Origin: Sphyrna mokarran
Lineage: Eukaryota
Direction: 5' to 3'
Length of the DNA: 64,000 nt
NCBI GenBank assembly: GCA_024679065.1
Contig: JAGIQG010000013.1
Coordinates: 49,104,001 to 49,168,000 of the forward strand
Shown: positions 26,165 to 40,246 of the stretch, piece by piece
How positions within the stretch are numbered: the first letter of the stretch is position 1
Layout of the letters: the number at the start of each line of letters is the position of its first letter
Made by a program: the position numbers and the translations under genes
The notes under the pieces: model-generated
Database searches by the model: none
Told to the model about the DNA's origin: nothing
The model's input: the letters and a program-made list of their open reading frames with translations, nothing else

Positions 26165-26884
26165 AAGCAACATTGTCACCTCTCTTTTATGTTTGCGACT
26201 GTATGGGCTATATTGTAGGTGGCAGAACAGGAGCAAAATGGTTATAATTAATGCTTTTTGAGATTTGTGAAGCTGTCTGGAGTGAGATCGCTCCTTGAAT
26301 CTGGTGCACAACGATGTGAATAGTCTTGGAATTTGACCCGGGCTTCTCGATGGAGGAAGTTAAGAGAACAAAGATATTAGGAAAGGGCTCAACACTGTTA
26401 TTATGTGGACTCGTTCATGTTTTTGTTGTCATCTACTTTTCTATCAAAACATCAATTAAACCTATAAAGAGATGAAAGCAGTTTATTAGAAGCTGGCTGG
26501 GGAGGGAGGGTTAGGATTGATGGTAGTTTTTTTTTAAAGAGTGATCTGTGGAGCCAGCGGACTCGGAAATGAGAATGGTTGGGATCACTGTGGAGTACCC
26601 TTACTGGAGAGTGGAACAATAGGTCTCATTTACCAAAATCTGAACAATCTATTGAAGTGACTGAAGTACATTGGATTGGAGAACTAACAGACAAACACAA
26701 CCGGTTTATAAATAGGCAGCTGACAATGAATGAAGTAAGTACAGCAATGTCTGGCCAAGTCACTTCAAACTTCAGTGCTCTCCAAGATTTCTATACATTC
26801 TTGGTATCTTCTTTAAAAAAAAAAATGACATCCTCAATTTTTATATAAGAAAACTTTTTACACGTACTTTATGAGCATGTTTTG

Positions 26885-26890
26885 AATAAA
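26885..26890 (+). terminator. Probable POLA1 polyadenylation signal (AATAAA)
   Basis: AATAAA about 720 nt after the POLA1 stop, followed by a GT/T-rich tract (ctgttgtg...tgttt). Confidence 0.55.
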
Positions 26891-27344
26891 ATTGACTCTA
26901 CATTTATTTCTGAAACTGTTGTGCTATACGATTAATGTTTAAATAAATGACAATTATCTCTTGTTTAAAATTATTCTTGTCAAATTTATTCAAAGATTTT
27001 CCATTTGTAAATCTATACATTTTTCCTGAATTCCATGAAGAGCAGCAAAGTTGTTGATTCTCCTTCCCAATCTGCACAAATCCTTTGTCTGGCCACAAAA
27101 TTTTTATCTGAGTGATTATAAATTGCTTGCATTCTATAATTTTTTTGGAATGGTCCTATCGAAAGCTGTAAAGAAAAAGCTTTCCTTATAGTGAGGATGG
27201 TCAGAAAGTCTCTACCACAAACCATCACAAGAGTCCACTCTTAAAGAGAACTAAGTAGGTACAGGAGAGAGGAAAAAAAAACAAAAAAGGAACAAGAAGA
27301 AGCAATAAAATGGAATTTCTCTAAGATCATGTGGAAGAAAAAAA

Positions 27345-29570
27345 AGTTTTTCCTTTTCATAGGATGTGAGCATCACTGGCCAACATTAACAGACCTTAAG
27401 TTGGTGGTGTGTCATCTTTTTGAACGCTACGTCTTGTGTAGTGAAGGTGTTCCCATTGTATTGTTAGAGAGCTCTAGAGTTTTGACCCAGCAATGTTAAA
27501 AGACTAGCAATACATTCCTAATACATTTAGGATGGTGTGTTCTTGGAGTTGGAAGTGTTTCCATGTTGCCATTATCTTCCCAGCTGCTAGAGGTGAAGGG
27601 TTGGGAGGTGGTATTGAGTAAGACTTTGTGAGTTGCTACAGTGTTTCCTGTAGATTGAATCATGGCTGCAGTTGTGATCTCGAGGTGGATGGTGTGCCAA
27701 TCGAAGAAATACTTTGTCCAGGATGGTGTTGAATTTCTTGAATGTTGTTGGAACTCCACTTGTCCTGGCATATGAGGGGTATTCCATCACACTCCTACTC
27801 CTCTCCTGCAGATGTGAAAAGGCTTTGAGGAGTAGGAGGCATGTTACTGACCTCATCTTCCAACCTCCTGACCTGCTCTTGTAGTCATAGTATTTATGGG
27901 GCTGCTCCACTTAAAATATTTGGTCAGTGGTGAACTCCAGATGTTGATGGTGGGGAATTCTGTGATGGTAATGTAATCAAACAACAAGGGCAGATGGTTG
28001 AACGCTTTCTTTTCGGAAATGTCATTGTCTGGCAGTTCTGTAACATGAAATGTTACTTGCAACTCACCTTTACACACCTGAATGTTGACTAGGTCTTTGA
28101 TGCATGCAGGCATAGACTCTTTCAATATTTGCAACTCTTCAAATGTGCAGTCATCCCTACTGTAACCTTATAATTGAGGGGAGGCTGAAGATGATAGGGC
28201 ATAAAGCACAATCCTGAGGAACAAGGCTGAGATGATTGACTTCAGCAATCACAGCCATATTCCTTTGTGAGTGGCAGACATAATTCCTTCGTAAGAAATC
28301 TCACAACACCAGGTTAAAATCCAACAGATTTTAAAGTCCAAACCTTTTGGAGCTAACCTGATGTTTTGAGACTTCTTACTGTGTTTACCCCAGTCCAACA
28401 CTGGTACCTCCACATCAGGACATAATTCCTGCCAGTGGAGGGTTTCCCCTGATTCCCCCTGATTTTGTTTATTAGGATTTCTACATTGTAGATTTGATCA
28501 AATTCTGCTTAGTGTTAAGGATCATCACAGCCATCTTAATCCTGAATTCATGTTAAGACTAAGATCGTAATGAGGTCTGAAGCCAAGAGGTCTTGGAGGA
28601 ATTCATATTGAATGGGTTATTGATGAGTAAGTGCCACTTGATAGCAATGTTAGTGACACCTTCCATCACTCTGCTAATAATTGAGGTAGTGATAGGTAAT
28701 TTGAAATAATTTTACTTTCTGGAGACAGGATACACTGGGTGATTTCCCCACTTTGTCAGCTAGATGCCTGCTCTGTAACTGCATTGGAACAATTTGTCGA
28801 GGAATATGGCTGTTCTGGAATACAAAGTTTTCATCACTGCATCTGGATATTGTCAGGGCCCACAGTCTTTCCTGTTATCCCATACGCTCAACCATTTCTT
28901 GATATCACATGGAATGAATCAAATTGACTGAAGACTGATTTCTGTGATAGTGGAAACTTAGGAAGATGGAGAAAGCCAAATGATACTTCGGCCTGAAGAT
29001 GATTTCAAATGCTTCAGTCTTGTACTTTGAGCTTGTATGCTAGTATCCACCATTGAGGGTGGACATGTTCATGGAGTCTAGTCCTATCACTATTTGTTTA
29101 TTTGTCCACCACCATTCATGACTGAATGCTTCTGGACTCTAGTGCTTTGATTTGGTTGTGGGGTCAGTTTGCAGTCCTATCACAAGCTGCCTGTATTGTT
29201 TAGCTTGCATGTAGTCCTGGTATTTTAGCTTCACCAGGTTGGCGTCTCTTTTTTTAGCCATTCCAGGTGCTACTTTGGGCATGTTCTTTTATGCACTTCA
29301 GTGTGCCAAGGTTGATCCCCCGGTTTGATGGCAATGATAGAGCAAGGGATAAGCCAAAATGAGGTTGCAAATTGTCATGCAGTGTATCTCTACTGCTTCT
29401 GGTGGATGATCTTGCTTTGTGCATATCCAGTTTTGAACTGCTACATCTATTCGAAATCCATCCCATTTAGATAGTAATGCCACACAAAATGACGGAGTGT
29501 GTCCTAAGTATGAATATACTTTGTTTGCATGTGGATTTTGCAATACTCACTCCTGTCAATAGTTATTGGG
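27345..29570 (-). mobile_element. Decayed CR1/L2-clade LINE (RT region to 3' end)
   Basis: Minus-strand remnants such as RSVMEYPSYA and ITEFPTINIW. Homologous to the + copy at 31000-33950, and its tail matches the tRNA-SINE tail. Confidence 0.8.
28289..28418 (+). mobile_element. Penelope-type fold-back mini-element with 12-bp TSD
   Basis: gtaagaaatctcacaacaccaggtta...taacctgatgttttgagacttcttac inverted arms plus tail ccccagtccaacactggtacctccacatca. TSD gacataattcct at 28277-28288 and 28419-28430. Confidence 0.75.
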
Positions 29571-32500
29571 CTCTGTACTCTTAACATTGCATGATTCTAT
29601 AGACAAGCTGCTGGCCACTATGAGATGGTGGGGATTGCCTTAAAAAAAAATCAAATAATTAGTAGTAGTCACAGTAATTGTGTTAGTTTTCTGTGTGGAT
29701 TTAAGTGACTCATGGTATTACATGCAAAGGTACCAATTTCACAAATGCATGTTACCAGCAGGGAGCCTCGCCCACATTTGGAAAATCAATCCAAATATAT
29801 TTGAAATTTGCATAGTGGTAGAATTAACACACAATGAGCATATGCTTGAAAGTCAGAAGTTGAAATCAGTGATATTGCAGTAAAAGACCTCACTAATAGA
29901 CTGTAATTAAACAACGTTATCTGCAAACTTGTTGTTTTATTAAGCAGTTGAAGTAAAATGATGAACAATGTTAAGCAGCGACAGTAGTATAGTCTCAGAG
30001 TCCCTTTAGTCACCGTGAATTTCAGCTGAGTATGTTGCCAATCAATAGGTTATTCAGGTTTTGATTTTTTTTTGTTACCATATGAATTAAAACATGAATT
30101 AAAAACTGAAATTAAAATCTGAAAGGTTGGATATTGCATCTCAAAAAAAATGTCATTGTGACTTCAGAAGGAATTGTGGATCATCATTGAGAGTTTGAGG
30201 TCTAAAAGAGCTGTTTATAGAACAGCTTGTCATGTTGACTAAACATTGATTTTACTGTAGACTATGAAATATATTGGAAGCAACAAATTCTCTATTAGTA
30301 GCCTAATTAGAGGTTTATTGCAAATTGGTACAGGATGTGGTAATCTTGTTCAGAGCTTACTTTCCCGGTACCTTGTTGCAAGTGTTAGAATTCTAAGAAA
30401 TGATTGCCATAATCAATCCTACATTTGTTTTGCAAATCCCACAATCAGAATTAGTACATTTCTGCCTCAAAATCATGAATCATTTAATTTCTAAACTAAA
30501 GAATGTCTTTTCGTTCATGCTTCATGTGGAAGGGACACATTATACCTTTAAAGAGTTTTGTTTCTTTGTTCAATAATTTACATCAGTTCATCTTGCCTGT
30601 TAAATAACCACATCTGTAAATCTCAGCAGCAGTCTTGATTTGGTCAAGCAAGCAGTATAGGGTTCATTTTCATCAATTGTTATTTCTGAACTAATGGGAT
30701 CATAGATTGGCTACAGTTACAGAAGGCCATTCATGTCACTTTTAACGCTCTGCAAAATCAAATCAGTTAGTCCAACTCCCCAACTCTTTCCCTGTAATCC
30801 CTTGGAATGATAGTGCCAAATAAATAGATAATTTTGTTTTACAAGTTCTCGATTAAAAACTGGAAGATAATGCTGCAGGCTTTCTTAATTACCTTCTGCC
30901 ATTTTCAACTCCTCCAGTGAACTTCATTGCACTTGTGGTCAGAGCTATGACTGTCATAATGTGTGTGCAGTGTTCAACGTTTTTCACAGTTCCTCTGGCA
31001 GTGGAGCAAATAAAAATAAAACTGGACTGACAACCCAGCACCAACCCAGCCATTAGAAACAACAAAGGTACATAGTGTCCCGTCACTCCTGCAAAGTCCA
31101 CCTCACCATCATCTCTTGGGATTTGTGCCAAATTAGGGTGAGCTGGACAACAGGCAAGTTTCTACATTACACATAACTCTTGTGGCTAAAGGGATGAAGG
31201 GATTATGGGGGAGGATTAACAGGATTAGGAATTTGATGATCATAATGAATGGCAGATGTAGGCTCAAAGGGCCAAATGGCCTACTCCTGCTTCTAGTTTC
31301 TATATTTCTATAAGTCAAGCAACAGTTTGACATAGTCATACTCACGAAATCATACCCTACAGTCAATGTGCTTGACTCCTTCATTAGGGCAGATGCACCA
31401 AAGGTGGCATCCCAGTGGCCTACAGTCAGAAGGGAGTGAACCTGAGTGTGCTTAACATTGACTCCGGACTGCATAAAAGTCTCATGGCACAGGATCAAAC
31501 ATGTACCTGCTGATTACCAGCCTCTGCCATCCCTCACCTGATGAATCAGTGCTTCTCCATGTTTTATACCACTCAAAAGAAGCATTTGAGTGTAGCAATG
31601 GGGCATAATATATTCTGGGTGGAGAAACGTACTGTCCATCACCAAGGATGGCTTGGTAGAACCATTACTGATCGAACTGGCTGAGTCTTGAAGAACATAC
31701 CTGTTAGACTGGGACTGTGACAGCTGGTGAAAGAACCAAGAAGGGAAAAGCCGAACTGACTTTGTGCTTAACAGTCAACCTATCACAGATGCATCAGGCC
31801 ATGAAAGAATGAGAGGAGTGACCACCACACGGTCCTTGTGGAGGCAAAGTTAGTGTATCCTTCGTCATGCTGTGTGACACTCACCAGTGTGTTAAATAGA
31901 ACAGAGGCAGATTAAGCAGCTCAAAGCTGAGCTGCTGTGGGCAGCAGCAGAATTATATTTTAACAACAATCTGTAATCTCAAGGCCTGCTATATACGTCT
32001 TCATACCAAAAGCATCGAGCCAGGTGACCTGACAACTGAAGAATCAGATAAAAAGCTCTGCAGTCCTGCCACTTCCAAACATAAATAGTGGTAGACAATT
32101 AAACATCTGATGGAGAATGAAGAGGCCCCCATCTTTATTGGGGGCCAGAGCCCACCATCTCTGTGCAAAAGGTGAGGCTGAAACCTTTGCAGACGCCTTT
32201 GCAGCCACCTTCAGCCAGAAGGGCTGTGTAGACAATCTATCCCAGCCTCCTCCTAGTATTCTCAGGATCACGGGTGAAAGGTTTTAGCCAATTCAATTCA
32301 TTTTACTTGAGATCAAGAAATCAGTAAAGACATGGGTACAGCACAGGATACGGGCTTTGACAACATCCCAGCTATAGCACTGAAGACTTATACTGTAGAG
32401 TTAGCAGCTGCCCCAGCCTAGTTCTAGTCCAGCTACATCATTAGCATCCAGCCAACAGTGTAGCATATTGCCCAGGTTATTTCCCGTCCACAAAAAGGAG

Positions 32501-32591
32501 GATATATCAAATCCAGCCAATTATTACCTCATCAATCTACCTTCAATCATCAACAAAGTAATGGATGTTGTCACTTCCAGAGAAGATGTTA

Positions 32592-32880
32592 GCGGCACTA
32601 TGGCAAAATGATTGGCACTGCTGCCTCACAGTGCCAGGGACCCGGGTTCAGTTCTGGCTTTGGGTTGTCTGTCTGTATGCAGTTTGCATGTTTTCCTCAT
32701 GTCAATGTGGGTTTTCTCCAAGTGCTCTGGGTTTCCTCCCACACCCCAAAAGTAAAAGTTGTGTGGATTAGGTTGATTGGCCATGCTAAATTGATCCTTA
32801 GTGTCAGGGGAATGAGCAGGGTAAATAAATGGGATTGTAGGATAAGGCCTGTGTGGGATTGTTGTTGCTGCAGGTTCTAA
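32592..32880 (+). mobile_element. HE1-like tRNA-derived SINE nested in a LINE
   Basis: ggcactgctgcctcacagtgccagggacccgggttcagttc head and gattggccatgctaaattg body. Confidence 0.88.
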
Positions 32881-33232
32881 ACGGCAATAAGCTACTCATC
32901 AATGGTTAGATCGGGCACCCAGCTCCTACACTCATTACAACCTTAGTTCAAATATGGACATAAGTGCTGAATTCAATACGTGAGATAAGAATAACTGCCC
33001 TTGACATCAAGACAGCATTTGACTGAGTGTGGCCTAGCAAGATTGAAAATAATGGAAATTTTGCTTTTCACTTTCTGTCTTCACTGATTGAAGTCATATT
33101 TAGCACAAAGGAAGATGGCTGTAGTGATGGTGACCAAATTCTCACTCCATACCATTACCTGAAGATATTGGGTACAGCAAGAGAATTTTGGTCCTCACAA
33201 CCTCCTATCTGTAGTACTGAGCAGTGTTCTAG

Positions 33233-33360
33233 ACTCAGTAAGAGTCTGGCAATACCAATTTTAAATCCAACCGATTTATTAATAAATCGGTTGGATTTAA
33301 AATGGTGTTGCCAGACTCTTACTGAGTTTATCCCAGTCCAACGCCGGCATCTCTACATCA
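33233..33360 (+). mobile_element. Penelope-type palindromic mini-element with about 12-bp TSD
   Basis: 95-bp near-perfect palindrome centred at 33280/33281 plus tail cccagtccaacgccggcatctctacatca. Flanked by cagtgttctaga / cagtgtcctaga. Confidence 0.8.
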
Positions 33361-36193
33361 GTGTCCTAGATCCAGTCATCTTAAGCTATTTCATTCTGAA
33401 TGACCTTGTCTCCATCAAAACATCAGCGTTGAATGTGTTTGCAGATGATTGTTCAGTTCTATTCACAACTTCTCAGCTACTGAAGCTATATGTAGTAAGA
33501 CCTGAATAGCATTCTAGCTTCAGCGTAATTGTTAATTCAATAATATTATGACAGGCACGTATCTGCAATGAGAAACAATCTAATCATCTCCCTTTGACCT
33601 TCAGGCGCATTACCATCACTGAATTACCCTCCATCAACATCCAAAGGGTTATCATTGACCAACTGCTAACTAGAGAACCCATATAAATCTACAAAAGCAG
33701 ATCAGACGCTGGAAGTTCAGCAGCAAATAATGCACCTCCTGAATTTTCAAAGACTATTCACCATCTAAAAACCTCAAGCCAGGAGTGTGATGGAATCTTC
33801 TCATGGTATCTGCATGATTGCCACTCTGATAAGACTCAACACCTCATACGCCTTCCGAACATTCATTCCCTCACTATCAGCATAGAACATAGTCAAGACA
33901 TAGTCAAGCTTACTTTCATAGCATCTTCCAGCCAGGCAACCTCAGTCATTAAAAAGAGGTCTGCTAAGTAGTTTTCTTGTTTGAAATACTGAAAATCATA
34001 TTCAGCAGGAAGTAACTTTCCTATCCCATTCTTAGCTTACCCAGCAGACGTGCTAATATTTCAATCTGTATGGCTGTTGTGCACCTTTGGGCTTTCACAG
34101 ACATCAGTGCATCGACTTCTGAATATGTCATTCAGGTAGTTATGTTGCTGACTATAATCCAGAGACCTGGCCTGTTAAGCCAAAGACAGGGCTGGGTTTT
34201 ACAGGATGCCGTATTCCCCATTTCCTCCACCCGCCTGAAATCTCACTTCTCCAAAGCAACATTAGCTTTACTTGTTTCAGAGTGGGACTTCTGTCCCTAT
34301 CAGGGTTGAAATCCCACTGCAGAGATTTCTGGCCAATCAGATTAGCCACCAGCACCAGGGTCGAGTTGTGAACGATACTGAGACAAAAGGCAGTCTCTGT
34401 GGAAGAAGACTAATGGAGTTAAAGGTGAATCGGGGATTTTGAATGGGCTTGGCAGGCAGATCCCAGGAAAAGGGGTAGGGGAGTTGGATTTAAGAAGTCA
34501 ACTAGGGATACAATTTTTTTGTGGGGAGGGGGGAATCTAATGACCTTCCCAAAGGAGATATCCTTACTTGTTGCTCAACAGCAGCCCATGTAGTGAAAGC
34601 TGCTGGGTTACGTGCCTTGTTTTGCTGCCGTAAATAGTGACAGAAGTAGAACGAGATCCTTAAGTGGTTATTGCTAGATAAGTCTGAGGTGGGCATGCTG
34701 CTTTATTCCTTTCCTGCCCAGTTTAATATGGGAGATAGGTTGGGTATGCATTGGAAGGCCATCCATTCCACCTCCCCCCACCTTCAAATACACCAGGAAT
34801 TTAAACTCAGTTAAGTAATAATTATGAAACTAGTATCAGTAATGGCATAACTATATTATCAACCCATCTGATTATTCAATATCTTTGAGGGAAAGAAGTC
34901 TGCCATCCTTATCCAGTCTGTCCTATTTGATTTCAACGTAGCTCGCTCGGGGTTGTGTCAAAGGCTATTAGGGATGGACAATAAATGCTGGCTATTTCCA
35001 ACTTTGAATGACTTAATAATGTAAATATAAGTTGATTCTTCTTTTCATAGTTGTGCATGTGAACTTTACCCATCTCAAATATGCCTTTCAGCTGCCATTT
35101 CTTCCAAATATTGGTCTGAAGACCATAACAGAAATAGAAATCCACCCAATAAGATGTACAATTGCTTAGATGTTCCAGACTGATGGAATGGATCAAATCT
35201 GTACGATGAGCACAAGCTATTTTTGAAGGTTTGAACAATTCAATCTATGGAGTAATCTCCACAGTGTTCTCCCTTGTACCTATAAACATAAATCCAGCTA
35301 CTGAAGCTGATGAATAAATCAAACTATTATCTTATGGGAGTGTGTCCTAAGCCTTTCTTTCACCATCATAGTTAATAAATGCTTTTGTTCATTGGAAAAT
35401 TGATCCTGATTAAAATAATAAAACTAATAAATAAACTAATAATAAACCAATAAAACTAAGAAAATCTGAATACGGTTCTTACCACACCATTGCTTCAGCT
35501 GGGAAATTTAAATTCATTTAATTAAATAATAATTAAAGACCCAGGATCAATAATGATCTTTGAAGCAGAATTTGTTGATCTTGATCTGAATAAATAGCAT
35601 AAATATCTTGCATAAGAAGTCAAGTATTAATACTGTTGGTTCTGATTCATATCTTTGACATAAAGACATATTTAGTAGCTATTTAGAAATCTTCTATAAT
35701 ATTGCACTTACCAAGCAACTCATCTACTGGTATTTTGATCTGATTATTTCTTTTAACGTTGTTTGCAGGTAGCTTCTTCCTAGATTCTTTGCGGTTAAGA
35801 TACTTATGCAGTTTATACAGTATAATCCAGTATTTTGTGATTCTGGAGAATATGCTGGAGGATCAACAGAATTTTTCTATTCCAGGTGGTAGGTTGTTCT
35901 TCTTGCATGGAATATGATTTTTGGTTAAAATTATGGTTAAAACTAACAATTTTTTTTGCTGTGTTTTCAGCAGAGAGCCTTCAAAGCTCACCTGAGTTTC
36001 TCACTTGTGATCTCTTCTTTGCACTTCACTGCTTTTAATGGCACATTAAAAGCTGTGCCATTTAACGACAGCCATGGCACACCTAATTGGCATTAGTATT
36101 TTTATTGCTTATTTTGACTTATTCACTTTCTCCATGTGTGTGTTAACTCTAACCAAGAGCTTACTCATTCAGAGGCCTTTGCTGATGCCTTCT

Positions 36194-36510
36194 CATAGAA
36201 ACCCTACAGTATAGAAAGAGGCCATTCGACCCATCAAGTCTGCACCGACCACAATCCCACCCAGGCACCTACGTATTTTATCCACTAATCCTTCTAACCT
36301 ACACATCTCAGGACACTAAGGGGCAATTTAAGCATGGCCAATCAACCTAACCTGCACATCTTTGGACTGTGGGAGGAAACCGGAGTACCCGGAGGAAACC
36401 CATGCAGACACGAGGAGAAAACTCCACACAGACAGTGACTCAAGCCAGGAATGAACCCAGGTTCCTGGAGCTGTGAAGCAGCAGTGCTAACCACAATGCT
36501 ACCATGCCAT
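36194..36510 (-). mobile_element. HE1-like tRNA-derived SINE
   Basis: catagaaaccctacagt...ggggcaatttaagcatggccaatcaacctaacctgcacatctttggactgtgggaggaaaccggag...ctgtgaagcagcagtgctaaccac. Confidence 0.9.
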
Positions 36511-37195
36511 CCTTCTGTAATAACAAGTGATGAATCTGATATTCATTCTCTTCGTTTGCATTTCTTCCCCCTCCCCACACATAAAACACCATTGTTATGG
36601 GATTCACAGCACATTAACAAGCCACTAGGCCACACCAATTCATGCCATTGTTTAATCCATATGGGTTTGTTAAATGAAAGTAATATATTTATTTTTGTAA
36701 TCTATTATTAAGGTAGATAATTTTGTTACTGCCCATTATATATGAAAAATAAAATTATACAATTTATTTCATGAACCAATCCTTAAATAGTTGAGGTTGG
36801 TGTTGCACCCTAGAATATAAAAGGCCTTTTTCATTTTAATAGATGATTCATTGCCATAGAATAAACAAAATGACTCACTGGGGATTTAGTGTATGCATTC
36901 TTCCGTTCCTGCAAAAGAAATCACAATGATAATCCCAAATTGTGAAACGCTAGTAATTTAGAATGTTAAGAGAGTTCTTCTGTAGGAACAAGTTACTTGA
37001 AACAATATATGAATGTAACTAGGTTCAAAATACTCGTAGGTGACTCACTCGATAAAAGCAATGGTACCTGTAGCTTTCCAAATAACTGCTAAATATCTGT
37101 CTTTGTGTCACAAACAGCATTACCACCTACCTATATAGTAAGCTTCAATTTTTGAATGAATGCATTTTCCATGTAATGCGGGATTAGGGCCAGTG

Positions 37196-37665
37196 TCTTT
37201 TTTTATTCATTCATGGGATGTGGGTGTTGCTAGCTAGGACAGCATTTATTGCCCATCCCTGAGGATAATGAAGAGTCAATCACATTGCCATAGATCTGGA
37301 GTAACATGTAGGCCACAAAAAAACTGAAAATGCTAGGGAAGCTTAGCAAGTCTGACAGCATCTATGGAAAGAGAATAAAACCAATGTTTTGAGTCTGAAT
37401 GATCCTTCGTCAGAACCCTTACCTGGTCTGTAAGCCAGACCAGATAACGAGAGCAGATTCCCTAAGGGCTTTTAGTGAATGCTTAGAATTTTTATGATAA
37501 TCACAATGGTTTCATGATTATTATTATATTGAATTTTTAATCATTTTTTATTGAATTCAAATTTCACCATCTTCAGTGATGGGATTTGAACTGGGCCTAC
37601 ACAGCATTATTCTGGATCTCTGGGTTACTAGTTCAGTGACAGTACCACAGAGCCTCTGCCTCCCT
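37196..37665 (-). mobile_element. tRNA-derived SINE (1856/22592 family) interrupted by a Penelope-derived fragment at about 37317-37420
   Basis: T-tail, gggatgtgggtgttgct...cagcatttattgcccatccct and reverse B-box gggatttgaac. Confidence 0.8.
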
Positions 37666-38371
37666 AGACGCTTCAACTCTTTGTGGAGTGGTGCTGTATT
37701 ATATAAATGTGAAGACTCCAAATTTGATTCATGGTCACTGAACTAATTGGTGTTATGTTGATGTGCAACAATTGATTAATGAAGCCCTGGGGTTAGATTC
37801 GGGTCAGATTGGTCAGGATTCATATTTCTGTTTGTTATCCTGACAGAGAGCTCTGTGTGACAGATGCACTGCAGACAACAGTGGATCCCAATGCACCCCA
37901 AAATGTTGGTATCTTTACCAAAGGAAAGAAGAAAATAAAGGGGGGTTGGGGAAGAAACAAGCGTTTAAGGGAAATTCAAGAGGAATGTCAGTATATGAAG
38001 ATGTTTCTGATTTTGTTTATCAAAATATCATTCACAGACATATGCAAACTAAAATAATTATCCACTCAAGTTTCTAAACAAGGAACATGAGAGTGACTAG
38101 CTCTACAGAAGGGCAACCCAAGAACCAAAATTGCATAAGTGTTTACCAGCAAAAAAGGAACTCAAGGCCCAACAGGATAGATTTATCCATTGAAACAATT
38201 ATATATATTCCCAATGTAAGTTGAAAAATGACAGCAACATGTGGCATCAAACCTAACTTTCTTCTTCCATGCATCCATTTAAGGTGATTGACTCTCTATT
38301 TCTACGAAAGGTTAGGAAATAAGTCCTCACGGATTAGTTGAGCCTGTGAGACAAGATGTGCCTACTGTACT

Positions 38372-38572
38372 CTGAAATAAAGTCAGAAAATGTTGTAAAT
38401 ACTCATCAGGTCTGGCAGTACCTAGGGAGGTAAAAACAGAGTTAATGTTTCCAGCCAAGGACCTTTCATTAGAACTGAAATATTATCAATCTCAAATGTT
38501 AACATGATTTCTTTCTTCACAGATGTTGGTAGACCTGCTGAGTATTTCTAATGTCTTCTATTTTCACTTTGT
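38372..38572. mobile_element. Penelope-derived inverted-repeat remnant
   Basis: Arms aaatactcatcaggtctggcag.../...gtagacctgctgagtatttct are mutually complementary. Related pieces at 18652, 37317, 43945, 44870 and 50822. Confidence 0.65.
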
Positions 38573-39059
38573 TGTTCTTACTAACTTAACTTCCCTCTAT
38601 TCATCCCAGCAGATTTTAGCCTCTTAAGTCCTAATGGCTTAAAACTCTCTCTCCAAAATTTTGCGATCAGACCATATCTCTTCCCTTCTTAAATTATTTG
38701 CTTATCCTTTTTTCCACAGGGATGATCTTTATACTTAAGGTACTATATGAATGCAAGTTGTTATTACAGCTCATAATGTAGCAGCAATTTATGAAATATT
38801 CCTAAGCTTTATCTCAGGGATTTCTTGAAAATTAGTTGGTAATCATGCAAGCTAATGTTCAATACAAGCACTACTGCCCACTAGGACAGTCTCTGAGATG
38901 CGTCACACTTTGTTTTACTATTCACAACATTGAGAATTTAGAACTATGTTGAGTATAATAATATAAGGCAGTAAGAGGTTGCTAAAGTAAGGAGGGATGA
39001 ATATGTAGAGTGAGTTGTAAACAAGAACAAAAATTTTGGAATGGATCTTTTTTTAGGAA

Positions 39060-39900
39060 ACAATAGCAGGCCAATGGGCAGATGAATGCCAGACAGAGTT
39101 TAATTTAGATGAATGCGAGATGATACATTTTGGTAAATTAAACTGTGGCAGGACTTTCTCAATTAATGGTAGGGGAGAGTTAAAGAACAAAGAGATGTAG
39201 GAGTACAGGTTCATAGCTGGTTGAAAGTGGAGTCACAGGTGGACAGGGCAGTGAAGAAAGCATTCAGCATGCTTGTTTTCATTGGTTAGAACATTGAATA
39301 CAGGAGCTGGGAGATCTTGTTGAAGTTGTACAAGACATTAATAAGACCACACTTGGAATACTGTGTACAGTTCTGGACACCCTATAACAGAAAGGATATT
39401 ATTAAACTAGAGAGAGTGCAATAAAGATTTCCTAGGATACTATTGGGACTTGATCGTTTGAGTTATAAAAGAGAGGCTGGATAGACTTGGACTTTTTTCC
39501 CCGGAGCATAGGAGACTTAGGGGTGATTTTATAGAGGTCTATAAAATAATGAGGGGCATAGATTAGGTAGGTAGACAATATCTTTTCCCAGTGGTAGTGC
39601 AGTATAAAACTTGGGGGCATAGATTTAAGGTGAGACAGGAGAGATACAAAAGATCTAGAGAGGCATTTTCTTCACACAGGTGGTTGGGTGTGTGTCTGGA
39701 ATGAGCTGTCAGAGGTGATAGTAGGGATGGCTATAATTTTGTCTTTTAAAAAGCATTTAGACAGTTAACATGAGTAAAATTGATATAGAGTAATATGAGC
39801 CAAATGTGGACCATTGGGACTAGCTTAATAGTAAAAATTGGGCGTCATGGACAAGTCAGGCTGAAGAACCTGTTGCCATGGTGTAAACCTCTATGCTTGT
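39060..39900 (+). mobile_element. CR1 LINE 3' portion, decayed
   Basis: [32 protein letters not shown] readable at about 39325-39420, with stops and frameshifts. Confidence 0.9.
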
Positions 39901-40246
39901 AGTAGCAATGATACAAATTTTTCACCAACCCCTCCAGTTCTGCACCCATGCCAGTCTGACAGTGCAGAACCAAGAAAATAATAAAAAACTGTAATGCTGA
40001 CAAGATAGGTTTCACTGGATGATAGCTTCAAGATTTAATTAGTGTATTATAGTGGTTATCCAAAATCTAAATAGTCTTGTGTAATCATAGGCCCAAGTTT
40101 TTAGTGCAACACTACATACTTAATTTCTTCCATCTTACATTCTAAGTTTTATTTATGGGCTGAAAGCCAACAAAAGAACTCTTTTAATAGTCAGCACATT
40201 GAGAGGAAGTCTGAAACTCCATACCAATCACTGTTCTAGAATAAAA

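Larger units (their letters stand above)
31000..33950 (+). mobile_element. Decayed CR1/L2-clade LINE (endonuclease to RT), same family as 27345-29570
   Basis: Remnant motifs EPRREKPN.LCL, GFDNIPAIALKT, PVHKKEDISNPANYYLINLPSII, SVLDPVILSYFILNDL, VFADDCSV, with many stops and frameshifts. Confidence 0.85.
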
